Part shown: positions 47,528 through 58,820 of the stretch, in pieces | How positions within the stretch are numbered: the first letter of the stretch is position 1 | Layout: every line of letters starts with the position of its first letter | Source: Gammaproteobacteria bacterium | GTDB lineage: Bacteria > Pseudomonadota > Gammaproteobacteria > SURF-13 | Direction: 5' to 3' | NCBI GenBank assembly: GCA_030680605.1 | Contig: JAUXUQ010000012.1 | Location: 22,339-86,338, forward strand | DNA: 64,000 bases | The notes under the pieces: model-generated | Database searches by the model: none | What the model was told of the DNA's origin: nothing | What the model saw: only the letters and a program-made list of their open reading frames with translations | Translations under genes and position numbers: made by a program

Positions 47528-48742
47528 TCAAAGTTTTGCGCCGCGCGCAAGCCGCGGCAGATCCCCTGCCACACCCGCTGCGTGGCGCATGATCAGGTTT
47601 TTCAGCGGGCCCAGCGCATCGGCCAGTGTCAACCCTGCGCTGCGGGCCCAGCGCACCGGTGTGCGCGTGCTGCCGAACAACCGGTGCAGGCCCTCCAGTG
47701 CAGCGCCGGTGGCCAGCACATCACCCTTGCGCCAGCGTTCATAACGCCGCAGCACACTCAAAGCGCCGATGTCCTTGTGCCGCACATGCGCGTCGGCAAT
47801 CACCTCGGCCAGCACCGCAACATCCATGATACCCAGGTTAACACCCTGGCCCGCCAGCGGATGCACCGTGTGCGCAGCATCGCCAATCAGGGCCAGACGC
47901 GCCTGTGCGGTGCGCTCGGCCCACAGCAGCCGCAGCGGAAAGCATGCGCGCGGCCCGGCCTGCACGATAGCGCCGAGGCGCGACTCGAACGCGGCCTCCA
48001 GTTCACGGCCAAATGCAGCCTCATCCAGCACGCGCAAACGCTCGGCCCCGGCCGTAGGCAGCGACCACACCACGGCACTGTACCCGTCAGTGAGCGGCAA
48101 AAAGGCCAGCGGGCCGCCGGGCAGAAACCGTTGCCAGGCAGTGTCCTGGTGCGACTGCCCGGTCTTGACGTTGACCACCAGCGCGCTCTGCGCATAGGCC
48201 CAGCCATGCGTGTTGATGCCGGCAAGCTGCCGGATGCCGGAATCCGGGCCGTCAGCACCCACCACCAGACGCGCGTGCAATGTGCTCCCTGCCGCTGTCT
48301 TTAACTGGGCCCGGTCTGCGCCGAACTCGACGCCGCTGACGCTTTCCGGACAGCGCCATTCGATATTCGCATACTGCGCCACACGCTCAAGCAGTGCGCG
48401 CTGCAACACGCGGTTTTCCACGATGCATCCGAGCTGGTCGGTATCGATATCGGCGCTGTCAAAATGAATTGATCCGCCGGCAGCGTCCCACACCCGCATG
48501 GCATAAAACGGCTGTGCCTGTGCCGCGATGGCCGGCCACACGCCCAGCGCATTCAATACCCGCATTGAGCCAACAGTGATTGCGCTCACCCGCAGGTCGC
48601 GGCTGTGTGCGGGCCACGCACGCGCGGGCTGTCTCGCCTCGACCAGTGCGATGCGCAAACCGGTGCCGCCCAGGGCGCAGGCCAGGGCGGCGCCGACGAT
48701 GCCGGCGCCGCCAATAACCACATCGTAGCTGCGCGCACTCAT
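47528..48742 (-). CDS. UbiH/UbiF/UbiI-family FAD hydroxylase
   Basis: GGAGIVG, DLRVSAI, VGADG, GDAAHTVHPLAGQGVNLG. Confidence 0.9.
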   Translation of the reverse strand: MSARSYDVVIGGAGIVGAALACALGGTGLRIALVEARQPARAWPAHSRDLRVSAITVGSMRVLNALGVWPAIAAQAQPFYAMRVWDAAGGSIHFDSADIDTDQLGCIVENRVLQRALLERVAQYANIEWRCPESVSGVEFGADRAQLKTAAGSTLHARLVVGADGPDSGIRQLAGINTHGWAYAQSALVVNVKTGQSHQDTAWQRFLPGGPLAFLPLTDGYSAVVWSLPTAGAERLRVLDEAAFGRELEAAFESRLGAIVQAGPRACFPLRLLWAERTAQARLALIGDAAHTVHPLAGQGVNLGIMDVAVLAEVIADAHVRHKDIGALSVLRRYERWRKGDVLATGAALEGLHRLFGSTRTPVRWARSAGLTLADALGPLKNLIMRHAAGVAGDLPRLARGAKL

Positions 48743-50010
48743 GGTGCGGGTATGACCCCTGCCGCGATACCCAACACTTTATCCAGTGCGCCGCGATTCT
48801 GTTGCACCAGCTGCCTGCCCTTCTCGCCCGTCGCATGACGCAGATTGGCATCCGTGAGATATGACAGCACGGTTGTGGCAAGCTGTTCCACGTTCCTCAC
48901 CTGTTCGGCCGCACCTGCCTCGCGCAGCAGACGGCTCGCCTCCTCAAAATTGAACACATGTGGCCCAAAGATGACCGGCAGCCCGAGTGCGGCGGGTTCG
49001 ATCATGTTGTGGCCGCCCGCAGGCACCAGACTGCCACCGACGAAGGCGACATCCGCCGCCGCATACAGCAACGCCAGTTCGCCCATGCTGTCGCCAATAA
49101 ACACCTCCGTACTCGCGTCGCATGAGCGCGGTTCGCTGCGCAGCACGGTGTTGAATCCGTGCCTGCGGCACAGCGCCGCCACCCTGGCAAAGCGCTCGGG
49201 GTGACGCGGCACCAGCACCAGCAAACTCTGCGGCAGGCTACGCCGCACACTGGCATAGGCCTCCAGAATCATTGTCTCTTCGCCCTCGCGCGTGCTCGCC
49301 GCAATCCACACCGCGCGTTCTGCGCCCAGGCTGCGGCGCAGAACGGCGGCCTCTTCGTGCAGACTGGCTGGCATATTGATATCAAACTTGATGCTGCCGG
49401 TGACCCGCACGCGGGCGGCCTCCGCCCCCAAGGCGATGATGCGCGCGGCGTCCTTCTGCGTTTGCGCGGCAATTGCGCTGACGCACCCCAGCATTTCGGC
49501 CGTCAGACTGCGAACACGCCGGTAACCCGCAGCAGAGCGCGCCGACAGGCGCACGTTGACCAGCAGCAGCGGAATCGCACGCTCATGACAGCCGTGAAAA
49601 ATATTCGGCCACAGTTCGGTCTCCATGATGATGGCGATGCTCGGGCGTACGCGCACCAGAAACCGCCGCACTGCGCCCGGCAGGTCGTAGGGCACGTAAC
49701 AGTGCGTCACACCCTGCCCGAAGCTTGCTCGCACCTGCTCCGCGCCGGTGGGCGTCATGGTCGTCAACACGACGCGGTGTTGCGGATAGCGCGCCATGAG
49801 TGCGCGCACCAGCGGCGCTGCCGCCTGCACCTCACCGACCGAGACCGCATGCAGCCAGATGACGGGGTTAGCGGTCGGCGCCAGCGGGACAAAACCGAAG
49901 CGCTCCGGCCAGCGCCGCCAGTAGGCCGGGGCGCGCAGCCCGCGCCAGACCAGGCGCAACAGCACCAAAGGAAGCAAAAGGTATAACAGCAGGGTGTACG
50001 TATGTCTCAT
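48739..50010 (-). CDS. waaA: Kdo transferase
   Basis: WLHAVSVGEV, ETELWPN, VPRHPERF, GGHNMIEPA. Confidence 0.95.
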   Translation of the reverse strand: MRHTYTLLLYLLLPLVLLRLVWRGLRAPAYWRRWPERFGFVPLAPTANPVIWLHAVSVGEVQAAAPLVRALMARYPQHRVVLTTMTPTGAEQVRASFGQGVTHCYVPYDLPGAVRRFLVRVRPSIAIIMETELWPNIFHGCHERAIPLLLVNVRLSARSAAGYRRVRSLTAEMLGCVSAIAAQTQKDAARIIALGAEAARVRVTGSIKFDINMPASLHEEAAVLRRSLGAERAVWIAASTREGEETMILEAYASVRRSLPQSLLVLVPRHPERFARVAALCRRHGFNTVLRSEPRSCDASTEVFIGDSMGELALLYAAADVAFVGGSLVPAGGHNMIEPAALGLPVIFGPHVFNFEEASRLLREAGAAEQVRNVEQLATTVLSYLTDANLRHATGEKGRQLVQQNRGALDKVLGIAAGVIPAP

Positions 50011-50017
50011 AGAAGCA

Positions 50018-50112
50018 GATACAAGTGGCAAGTTACAAGATACAAGAAAAGGCCAGCACACCCGCAACTCTTTCGTCGCTTACTTGTACCTTGCACCTTG
50101 TCCTTGTACCTG
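50018..50112. repeat. Inverted heptamer arrays (GATACAA)n ... (CTTGTAC)n
   Basis: gatacaa gtggcaa gttacaa gatacaa ... cttgtac cttgcac cttgtc cttgtac immediately upstream of waaA. Confidence 0.75.
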
Positions 50113-50389
50113 TTTTTTAGCGCAACGCACTCACATCGGCCTCAGCGAAACTCTGATAGTACCCGCGCACGAGACGGGCACCGGCGCCTCGGACGAAATG
50201 CGCATAGCCTTTCCCTGCCGGTAACGGTACAACAGGGCATCGTCGGCCCCCAACAGGCGTGTCCGGCCAAAGGAATGGCTATGCATTATCATGCGCCCCA
50301 TAATACCACAGGGCCCCGCAACGGCAGGGAGTCAGGGCTGCCTGGATTTGGATTGTGCTGGGGACGCTGCGCGCGTTAAAATCCATCCC

Positions 50390-51328
50390 GTGGAAGTTCA
50401 GCGCACTGCCCAACCCTCTCTCCTCTGCATACGCTTCCTCGCCCCGCGTTTCTGGCCTACGTGGCTGCTGCTGGGAATAATGTGGCTCATCGCGCAGCTG
50501 CCCTATCGCGCGCAGCTTGCGACCGGGAACATGCTCGGCCGCATGATGTATTACGCCTCGCCGCCGCGCAGGCATATTGCCGCGGTCAACCTGCGCTTGT
50601 GCTTTCCGGAACTCAGTGAACCCGAACGCGCAACCTTGCTGCGCCGCCATTTTGCTTCGCTCGGCATGAGCGCCGTGGAAACGGCCATGAGCTGGTGGAC
50701 GCCGGACAAAAAGTTGCGCCGGCTGGCGCACATCGAGGGCCTGGAGCATCTGGAGCAGGCCGGGAAAATGGGCAGGGGCGTGATTCTGCTCTCCGGCCAT
50801 TTCACCACGCTGGAGATCGGCGCCCGCTTGCTGGTCATGCAGGTGCTGTTCCACGCCATGTACCGCGAACACAAAAATCCGTTGTTCGAGGCCGTGATGC
50901 GGCGCGCGCGCGAACGGCACTGTGAATATGCCATCCCGCGCGGCGACGTGCGCGCCCTGCTCAACAGTTTAAAAATGGGGCTGCCGGTATGGTATGCGCC
51001 GGACCAGAATTACAGCAGCAAGAACACGGTGTTCGTGCCGTTCTTCGGCGTGCCCGCCTCGACCACCACTGCCACCTCACGGCTGGCGCGCATGAGCGGA
51101 GCAGCGGTGGTGCCGTTCTTCCAGCACCGCCTGCCCGGCACGCAGGGTTATGCGCTCACGCTGCTGCCGGCATTGGCCGGGTTCCCCAGCGAAGACGTCG
51201 AGGCCGATACCCTGCGCATCAACCAGCTCATCGAGGCACAGATACGCAAGGCGCCGGAGCAGTACCTGTGGGTGCACCGGCGATTCAAAACGCGCCCAGA
51301 GGGGGTGCGTGATGTGTACACCACCTGA
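50390..51328 (+). CDS. lpxL: Lipid A acyltransferase (LpxL/HtrB family); start uncertain
   Basis: APRFWPTW, GHFTTLE, WYAPDQ, FVPFFG, PEQYLWVHRRFKTRP. Confidence 0.9.
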   Translation: MEVQRTAQPSLLCIRFLAPRFWPTWLLLGIMWLIAQLPYRAQLATGNMLGRMMYYASPPRRHIAAVNLRLCFPELSEPERATLLRRHFASLGMSAVETAMSWWTPDKKLRRLAHIEGLEHLEQAGKMGRGVILLSGHFTTLEIGARLLVMQVLFHAMYREHKNPLFEAVMRRARERHCEYAIPRGDVRALLNSLKMGLPVWYAPDQNYSSKNTVFVPFFGVPASTTTATSRLARMSGAAVVPFFQHRLPGTQGYALTLLPALAGFPSEDVEADTLRINQLIEAQIRKAPEQYLWVHRRFKTRPEGVRDVYTT

Positions 51329-51386
51329 GCGGACAAGCAATCGGTGTCAAGCGTGGGCAATGACACATCCCCATATACGCGTGTTT

Positions 51387-51449
51387 TTGTCTGCCCGCGC
51401 GGTTACACCATACCCGCATCCACGCGGGCAGACAAGCCGCCCACCTTAC
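51387..51449. repeat. Degenerate REP-like inverted repeat
   Basis: 13-bp IR TTGTCTGCCCGCG..CGCGGGCAGACAA ending GCCCACCTTAC. Confidence 0.55.
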
Positions 51450-51524
51450 TCGGCTGACCCATTCGGTGAAGGCATTGTGAAGTATAATGCAAAGATCTGC
51501 CCTTACTGATGCTCAGTCCTTGAT

Positions 51525-52927
51525 ATGACCATCCACCCCGTTATCCTATCTGGCGGTGCAGGCAGCCGATTGTGGCCCTTGTCGCGCGAGCATTATCCCA
51601 AACAACTGCTTTGCCTGGTGGGGGAAGGCACCCTGCTACAACAAACCATCACACGACTTGATGGGCTACCCAATATCGCCCCCCCCTTACTCGTCTGCAA
51701 CGAAGAGCATCGTTTTCTCGTGGCGGAGCAAGTGCGACAACTGGGCAAAGAGCCCCTGGATATTATTCTTGAACCGGTGGGGCACAACACCGCGCCCGCG
51801 CTGACCTTGGCGGCTCTTGCATTAACCATGCATGATGCCGATGCCTTGATGCTGGTCATGCCCGCAGACCATGTCATACGACACACAGAGGCATTTCAGC
51901 ACGCCGTGACGGATGCCGCGGGGCTTGCCAAAAACGGACACTTGGTCACCTTTGGCGTGGCCCCAGCCGCTCCCGAAACCGGCTACGGTTATATTAAAAA
52001 AGGGGAAGGTACTGATGTCGCGGCGTTTGTTGAGAAGCCGGATGTGGAAACCGCACAAACCTATCTGGCATCCGGCGACTATCTGTGGAACAGTGGCATG
52101 TTTCTGATGCGTGCCTCGCTCTGGCTGGATGAGTTGGCGCGCTACCGGCCCGATATGTTAAACGCATGCCGCAGCGCTTTTGAGCAGGGAGTCAAGGACG
52201 GAGATTTTTACCGCATCAACAAACAGGCTTTTGTCTCCTGCCCCAGTGATTCGATTGATTACGCAGTGATGGAAAAGACCGAATGCGCCGCTGTTGTGCC
52301 ACTGAATGCGGGTTGGTCGGACATTGGCGCATGGTCAGCGTTGTGGGACGTTTCCGAACAAGATGCCGAGGGGAATGTCACGCAAGGCGATGTTTATATG
52401 CACGCCACGCAGAACGCGCTGCTTATCGCACAGCATCGGTTTCTGGCCGCCGTGGGCCTGGAAGATATCATCGTCATCGAAACATCCGATGCCGTTCTCG
52501 TGGCGCATAAAGATCACGCCCAGAACGTGCGTGAAATCGTCAACCGCCTGAAAGCAGAGGAACGCAGCGAATATCAACAGCATCGCCGCGTGCACCGCCC
52601 TTGGGGATGTTTTGAGGCTATTGACCGTGGAGAGCGGTTTCAAGTCAAGCGGCTCGCCATCAATCCCGGCGCGGCGATCTCGCTGCAAATGCACCAGCAT
52701 CGTGCCGAGCATTGGGTGGTGGTGAAAGGCACTGCGAAGGTTACTTGCGGCGACGAAGAGTATACCTTGACTGAAAATCAATCCACGTACATCCCTATCG
52801 GCGAAAAGCATCGGCTTGAGAATCCAGGTTCTATCCCGCTTGAGATCATCGAGATTCAATCCGGCACCTATCTTGGAGAGGATGACATCATGCGTTTTGA
52901 AGATAACTACAACCGGCACCATCAATA

Positions 52928-52928
<1 letters not shown>
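51525..52928 (+). CDS. manC: Mannose-1-phosphate guanylyltransferase/isomerase
   Basis: [32 protein letters not shown]-terminal cupin HRAEHWVVV. Confidence 0.95.
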
Positions 52929-54026
<1,098 letters not shown>

Positions 54027-54034
<8 letters not shown>

Positions 54035-54980
54035 AGACGCAAAGATTTACGTCGCCGGCCACCGTGGCATGGTCGGCAGTGCGATCGAGCGGCGCCTGCG
54101 CGCGGCCGGCTACGACAACCTGACCACCCGCACCCGCGACAAACTCGACCTCCTCGACCAGCACGCAGTCCACGCGTTTTTGCAGGCCGAGCAGCCAGAC
54201 TACATTTTCATCGCCGCCGCCCGCGTCGGCGGCATCCACGCCAACAACACCTATCGCGCCGAGTTCATCTACCAGAACATGGTGATTGAGACCAACCTGA
54301 TCCATGGCGCACATCTTGCCGACGTCCAGCATCTGATGTTCCTCGGCAGCAGCTGCGTCTACCCGCGCGACTGCCCGCAGCCGATGCGTGAGGAATACCT
54401 GCTCACCGGCCCGCTCGAGTACACCAACGAGCCCTACGCGCTTGCCAAGATCACCGGCATCAAACTATGCGAGGCCTACCGGCACCAGTACGGGCGTGAT
54501 TACATCAGCGTGATGCCGGCCAACCTGTACGGCCCGAACGATAACTACGACCTCGAAACCAGTCATGTGCTACCCGCGCTGATCCGCAAGGCGCACGAAA
54601 CCAAGCTGCGCGACGACCCAGAGATCGTGGTCTGGGGCAGTGGCACACCCAAACGCGAGTTCCTGTTCGTGGAGGACTTGGCCGATGCCTGCGTGCTCCT
54701 GATGGAACACCAGTTCAGGGCGGGGAAGGCCGCGCTGCCCTCACTCATCAACATCGGCTGCGGCGATGACCTCAGCATCCGTGAACTTGCGGAGACCGTC
54801 ATGCAGGTCATCGGATTGACGAGCGCGATTGTTTTCGATGCAACCAAGCCCGACGGCACCCCGCGCAAGCTGCTCGACACCGGCCGCATCAACCAACTCG
54901 GCTGGCGCCCGCGCACCCCGCTTCGGGAAGGCATCCGGCTCAGCTACCAGGACTTCCTGACCACAGGCGCCTCGCGATGA
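54027..54980 (+). CDS. fcl: GDP-L-fucose synthase
   Basis: [39 protein letters not shown]. Confidence 0.95.
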
Positions 54981-54999
54981 CAATATCCAAATGGCCTCC

Positions 55000-55130
55000 A
55001 CCCTCTCCAAAATCCACCAGTTCATCGAGGCGCAGATACTCAAGGCGCCCAGTACCTGTGGGTGCATCGCCGCTTCAATACCCAGCTGGCCGGTGAGCGT
55101 GACGCGTACACCGCCTGAGTGGGGCAAGCA
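55000..55130 (+). pseudogene. Degenerate duplicate of the lpxL 3' end
   Basis: IHQFIEAQILKAP/[4-nt deletion]/QYLWVHRRFNTQLAGERDAYTA* versus INQLIEAQIRKAPEQYLWVHRRFKTRPEGVRDVYTT* at 51209-51339. Confidence 0.88.
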
Positions 55131-55323
55131 GCCGGCGCCTCGCGACATCGTATGCGCTTCCCGGCACGCTACGCCAACCCCAAACGCGCATCCGACCGCG
55201 CCGGGAGGCTGTTGACAATGTCGGCGCACTGCCAGATCATGTGAAAAATCCCTGTGCGCATCCCTCCTTGTTCCGGTCAGACACGAACGTTGCACATGCG
55301 TTGCGCCCAGGCCCACATAACCA

Positions 55324-56394
55324 ATGAACGACATCAGCAGAGAGCCGGTCACGTCACGGGCCATTCGCGTCAAATTCCTAAGCAAGACCGGCGAACGGAT
55401 CTGGCGCAGGCAACTGCCGGGACATGGCGCCCTATGGGGCAACTGCGAATTCATCTTTGACAAAGATGAGCGGGACTATGACTGGCTGGTAGTCTATGAT
55501 GATCTTCCGTCAACGAAAGGCGAGCGCTTCTCCGTCCGAGTGGAGCCGCTGTCCTGCGCTCGGGAAAACACCCTCCTTGTCACCACCGAACCTTCTTCCA
55601 TCAAATCCTACGGCAGCGCCTATACCGCGCAGTTTGGCCATGTGCTGACCAGCCAGGAACCCTGGGCGCTGCCGCACCCCAACCGGATATACTCACAGCC
55701 GGCCTTACGCTGGTTTTATGGTGTGGGCCGCGGACATGAGATTTCATATGACCACTTGGCAAGCGCGCAACCGCCATCCAAATCAAAAACCCTCTCTACC
55801 GTCTGCTCCAGCAAACGGCAGAAGCACACCTTGCACAACAGACGCTATGAATTCACCCTGGCACTGAAAGCGCTGCTCCCCGAACTGGATATCTACGGCC
55901 ATGGCGTGCGTGACATGGATGACAAGGCGGAGGCGCTGGATGACTACCGTTACCACATCGCCATTGAGAATTACGTCGGCGCCCACCACTGTACCGAGAA
56001 GTTGTCGGATGCGTTTCTGGGATTCACATTGCCGTTTTATTACGGCTGCCCCAATGCGGAACAGTACTTCCCGCCCCGGAGTTTCATCCGTATCGATATC
56101 GGCGATATTGAGAAAACCCGCAATATCATTGCGCGCGCCATTGCGGACAATGAATACCAGAAGCGGCTTCCGGACATCGTGGAAGCGCGCCGCAGGGTTC
56201 TGGAGGATTACAATATTTTTTCGGTGTTGGCAAATGTTGTGGGCGCGCATCATGCGGCGGCGGGCGCCCGCAAGGAACCTTTTATCCTGATGTCCCGCCG
56301 CGCCCTGATAACCAGACATCCGCTCGCAGGGCTGAGGCACCTGTTTGAAAAGGCGCGTGTCAGGCTGCTGCATTCAGCCGGGCGCGGACAATGA
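55324..56394 (+). CDS. Glycosyltransferase family 10 (fucosyltransferase-like)
   Basis: YRYHIAIEN....HCTEKLSDAF...PFYYG matches the GT10 motif; follows the GDP-fucose genes. Confidence 0.85.
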   Translation: MNDISREPVTSRAIRVKFLSKTGERIWRRQLPGHGALWGNCEFIFDKDERDYDWLVVYDDLPSTKGERFSVRVEPLSCARENTLLVTTEPSSIKSYGSAYTAQFGHVLTSQEPWALPHPNRIYSQPALRWFYGVGRGHEISYDHLASAQPPSKSKTLSTVCSSKRQKHTLHNRRYEFTLALKALLPELDIYGHGVRDMDDKAEALDDYRYHIAIENYVGAHHCTEKLSDAFLGFTLPFYYGCPNAEQYFPPRSFIRIDIGDIEKTRNIIARAIADNEYQKRLPDIVEARRRVLEDYNIFSVLANVVGAHHAAAGARKEPFILMSRRALITRHPLAGLRHLFEKARVRLLHSAGRGQ

Positions 56395-56548
56395 CACATC
56401 CTCCGCAGCCACTTTGCGGCCACACAGGCGTCTGGCCACGTACCCAGCCCGACGAATTTCCCTGGATGACATTCGACAGATAGCTTTATGCTCGGCGCGT
56501 CCACAGGCGACCCCGCCATTAAAACCTAACACGGCGACAGCAATCCAA

Positions 56549-57094
56549 ATGAACATCGGAAAATCACTGGAAAAATGGTTTCGTGGAGCGCGATATGCGC
56601 CGCGAATATTGATGAGGTACGGGACATTGAATCCCGAGGTCGTCAGCATTCCGCATGCCGCCGGCAGATTCCACATCAACCCCCATGATGAACGCGCCAG
56701 AAAGAAATTGATTTTTGACGCGGTCAGAAACAGGTACTCGATCAACCGCAGGTTCTGGAACGACTTCATAGCCGCAGTCCAGCCAGACCTGGCATTGGAT
56801 ATCGGCACAAACTATGGGGAGTGCATTTTCTCCCCCACGTACCCGGACAACACGAGGGCAATCGCCTTTGAGGCCAACCCTGAACTGGTGGGCTACCTGG
56901 AAAAAACCCGCCACGATCACCCCTCCATGAATCAGATTGAAGTGATCAACGCGCTGGTAGGCAAGGAACCCTCCGGGCAACTGGGAATTGTCCTGATCCG
57001 AGAGCAGGGAACAATGGGCGTCATCCACAAATTCAATGGCAGACCCCTGTGGCTTGCTTGTGGTGTGTGGTGTTCTGCCGGGCTTGCGCCATGA
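56549..57094 (+). pseudogene. FkbM-family methyltransferase, apparently C-terminally truncated
   Basis: LDIGTNYGE, IAFEANP, INALVG; no downstream KIDVEG-type motif, similarity lost near 56980. Confidence 0.6.
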
Positions 57095-57483
57095 ATGTCA
57101 ACCCTGTCGAGCGCCTGATACTTGCGGGCCTTGAACCTTTTGCCCGCGGCGGGAGCCGGGATTGCTTCGTTCATCCTTACCACCCCGACCGCTGCGTAAA
57201 GGTCGCCCGCGTTGAGCGGGCGCCCGAAATACTGCATCGTCAGTCGCCGTGGTGGAGACGCTGGCGCAAGTCGGTTCATGATTTCGATGATAGCTTCCGC
57301 GACTACCGCACGCTCAAAACCCTCGAATCAGACAACGACCCCGCCATCTGGCGGCACCTGCCTCGTTGCTTTGGCTGGGTGGAGACTGATCGCGGCCGTG
57401 GCCTGGTGATCGAACTGATCCGCGACGCCGAATACCAACGAACTGATGTTAGTCCTGAGTTGCGCCAGCGGTTGCGAACATAA
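57091..57483 (+). pseudogene. YrbL-like kinase fragment, truncated
   Basis: RGGSRDCFVHP..CVKV, PRCFGWVETDRGRGLVIELIRD, then abrupt end before the catalytic half. Confidence 0.65.
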
Positions 57484-57581
57484 ACATAGTGTGGGGCTGG
57501 TATAGGAAACAAAATGGGCTGAGGGGTTGTAAGCATAGTCGTAAATTCAATTTTTTTCAGATTTTCGATATTTAACACTAC

Positions 57582-57855
57582 TGACTGCCCCTAGCAACGA
57601 GTCGAGAGGTACAGTTAGTTTTCAGTTGAAATTTCGTTGTAGTCCTTCTGGCGTTGCATGACAAATCGGGGTGATACTGGCTTAGACAATAAGGTTTGTG
57701 GTGCAGGTGGGCGATAGCCGAGTGAGCTATGCGGTCGTATCGTGTTGTAATGAACACGCCAGTTCTCGATCACGGTCTGTGCCTCCTTCAGGGTATAGAA
57801 TATCTCACCATTCAATAGATCATCTCTCAGCTTGCCATTAAAGCTCTCGTTACTG
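57582..57855 (-). mobile_element. IS3-family remnant (transposase C-terminus plus right end)
   Basis: ESFNGKLRDDLLN.EIF..L.EA...IENWR.HYN..RPHSSLGY.PP; end starts TGACTGCCCC at 57582. Confidence 0.85.
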
Positions 57856-57931
57856 GCCGCATTACAGAGAGAGATTATCAGATCCGGATCGCCGCTGTTC
57901 AACTGTGGCCAGTTGGATGAAAACAGGCGAT

Positions 57932-58666
57932 TTACTCGCGCCAGTAGTCGTTGATCCAGACCGCTGGCCGGATATGTTTGTAGAGCCTCTTGTACCACTT
58001 GGCCGGCCATACTCCCACAACCGCCTCATGCGGATCGGGCTTGCCGGTAAAGACAACAATGCGAGCATTTTCGGGCAGGCGTGGGGTCTGAACGAAGTTC
58101 AACGGCCAACGCGGCACAATCGAGTGCTTGAAGCTAATGCACCACTCAGAGGGAAAGAACTCAACCTGCCCCAAAGTGCGGCAGACAAAGGTTTGACTGT
58201 TACGGTATAAACGCATCATCTCCATAGGGTCAGGTCGAAACCTCTCCCATACCTTAGTCAGTGCGCCAACGCGGAAACGGAACACGGACATATTCCCAAT
58301 GCCCTGCCCCGGCTGGGTCCAGTTCTCGGCAACTACAAAGTTTAAGTCAGGTTTATAGTCAAAGAATCCATCAAGTGACCCAGTCACCACCAGATCAAGA
58401 TCGAGATGGAGGACGTCACCTTTAATATCTTCCAGTCGCTCCTGAAAAATGAACATTCGCCGAAACGGATGACGGCGCAAGGATTCGGGCAGGTCGAACG
58501 CGGGCATTGCTTTTATTTCAACCTCCGGACGGATACCATGCCTGTCGTCCGTCAGACAGACGAAACGGAAATCTCCCGAGAGATTCCTGGAAACCATGCC
58601 ATACAGTTTGTTGACGTAGTCGGCTGGGTATTTGTCGCCCCACTTCAGGCAAATGATCTGTTTCAT
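57932..58666 (-). CDS. Putative glycosyltransferase (GT-A, DxD)
   Basis: IICLKWGDKY..DYVNKLY.MV.RNL..FRFVCLTDD, HLDLD, FTGKPDP. Confidence 0.78.
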   Translation of the reverse strand: MKQIICLKWGDKYPADYVNKLYGMVSRNLSGDFRFVCLTDDRHGIRPEVEIKAMPAFDLPESLRRHPFRRMFIFQERLEDIKGDVLHLDLDLVVTGSLDGFFDYKPDLNFVVAENWTQPGQGIGNMSVFRFRVGALTKVWERFRPDPMEMMRLYRNSQTFVCRTLGQVEFFPSEWCISFKHSIVPRWPLNFVQTPRLPENARIVVFTGKPDPHEAVVGVWPAKWYKRLYKHIRPAVWINDYWRE

Positions 58667-58820
58667 GTGCTGGAGATGCTACCACGAAGCTGCGATTTCT
58701 TCCATGTGCTGGAGTCTAGGCGCTTTTCCTGCACAGAGGTGCCGCACGCGCCACCTTGAGCCGGACACGAGGCATGCACACAGACTGACTCGTGTCGGGC
58801 AGACCGCATGGTTTATTGCG

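Noticed and set aside
57615-58010. Intact IS3 transposase
   Set aside because: Only the C-terminal ~80 codons are IS3-like; the ORF start overlaps the glycosyltransferase and there is no left end.
58761-58800. GACACGAG..CTCGTGTC inverted repeat
   Set aside because: Single short stem, no U-tract and no second copy seen.
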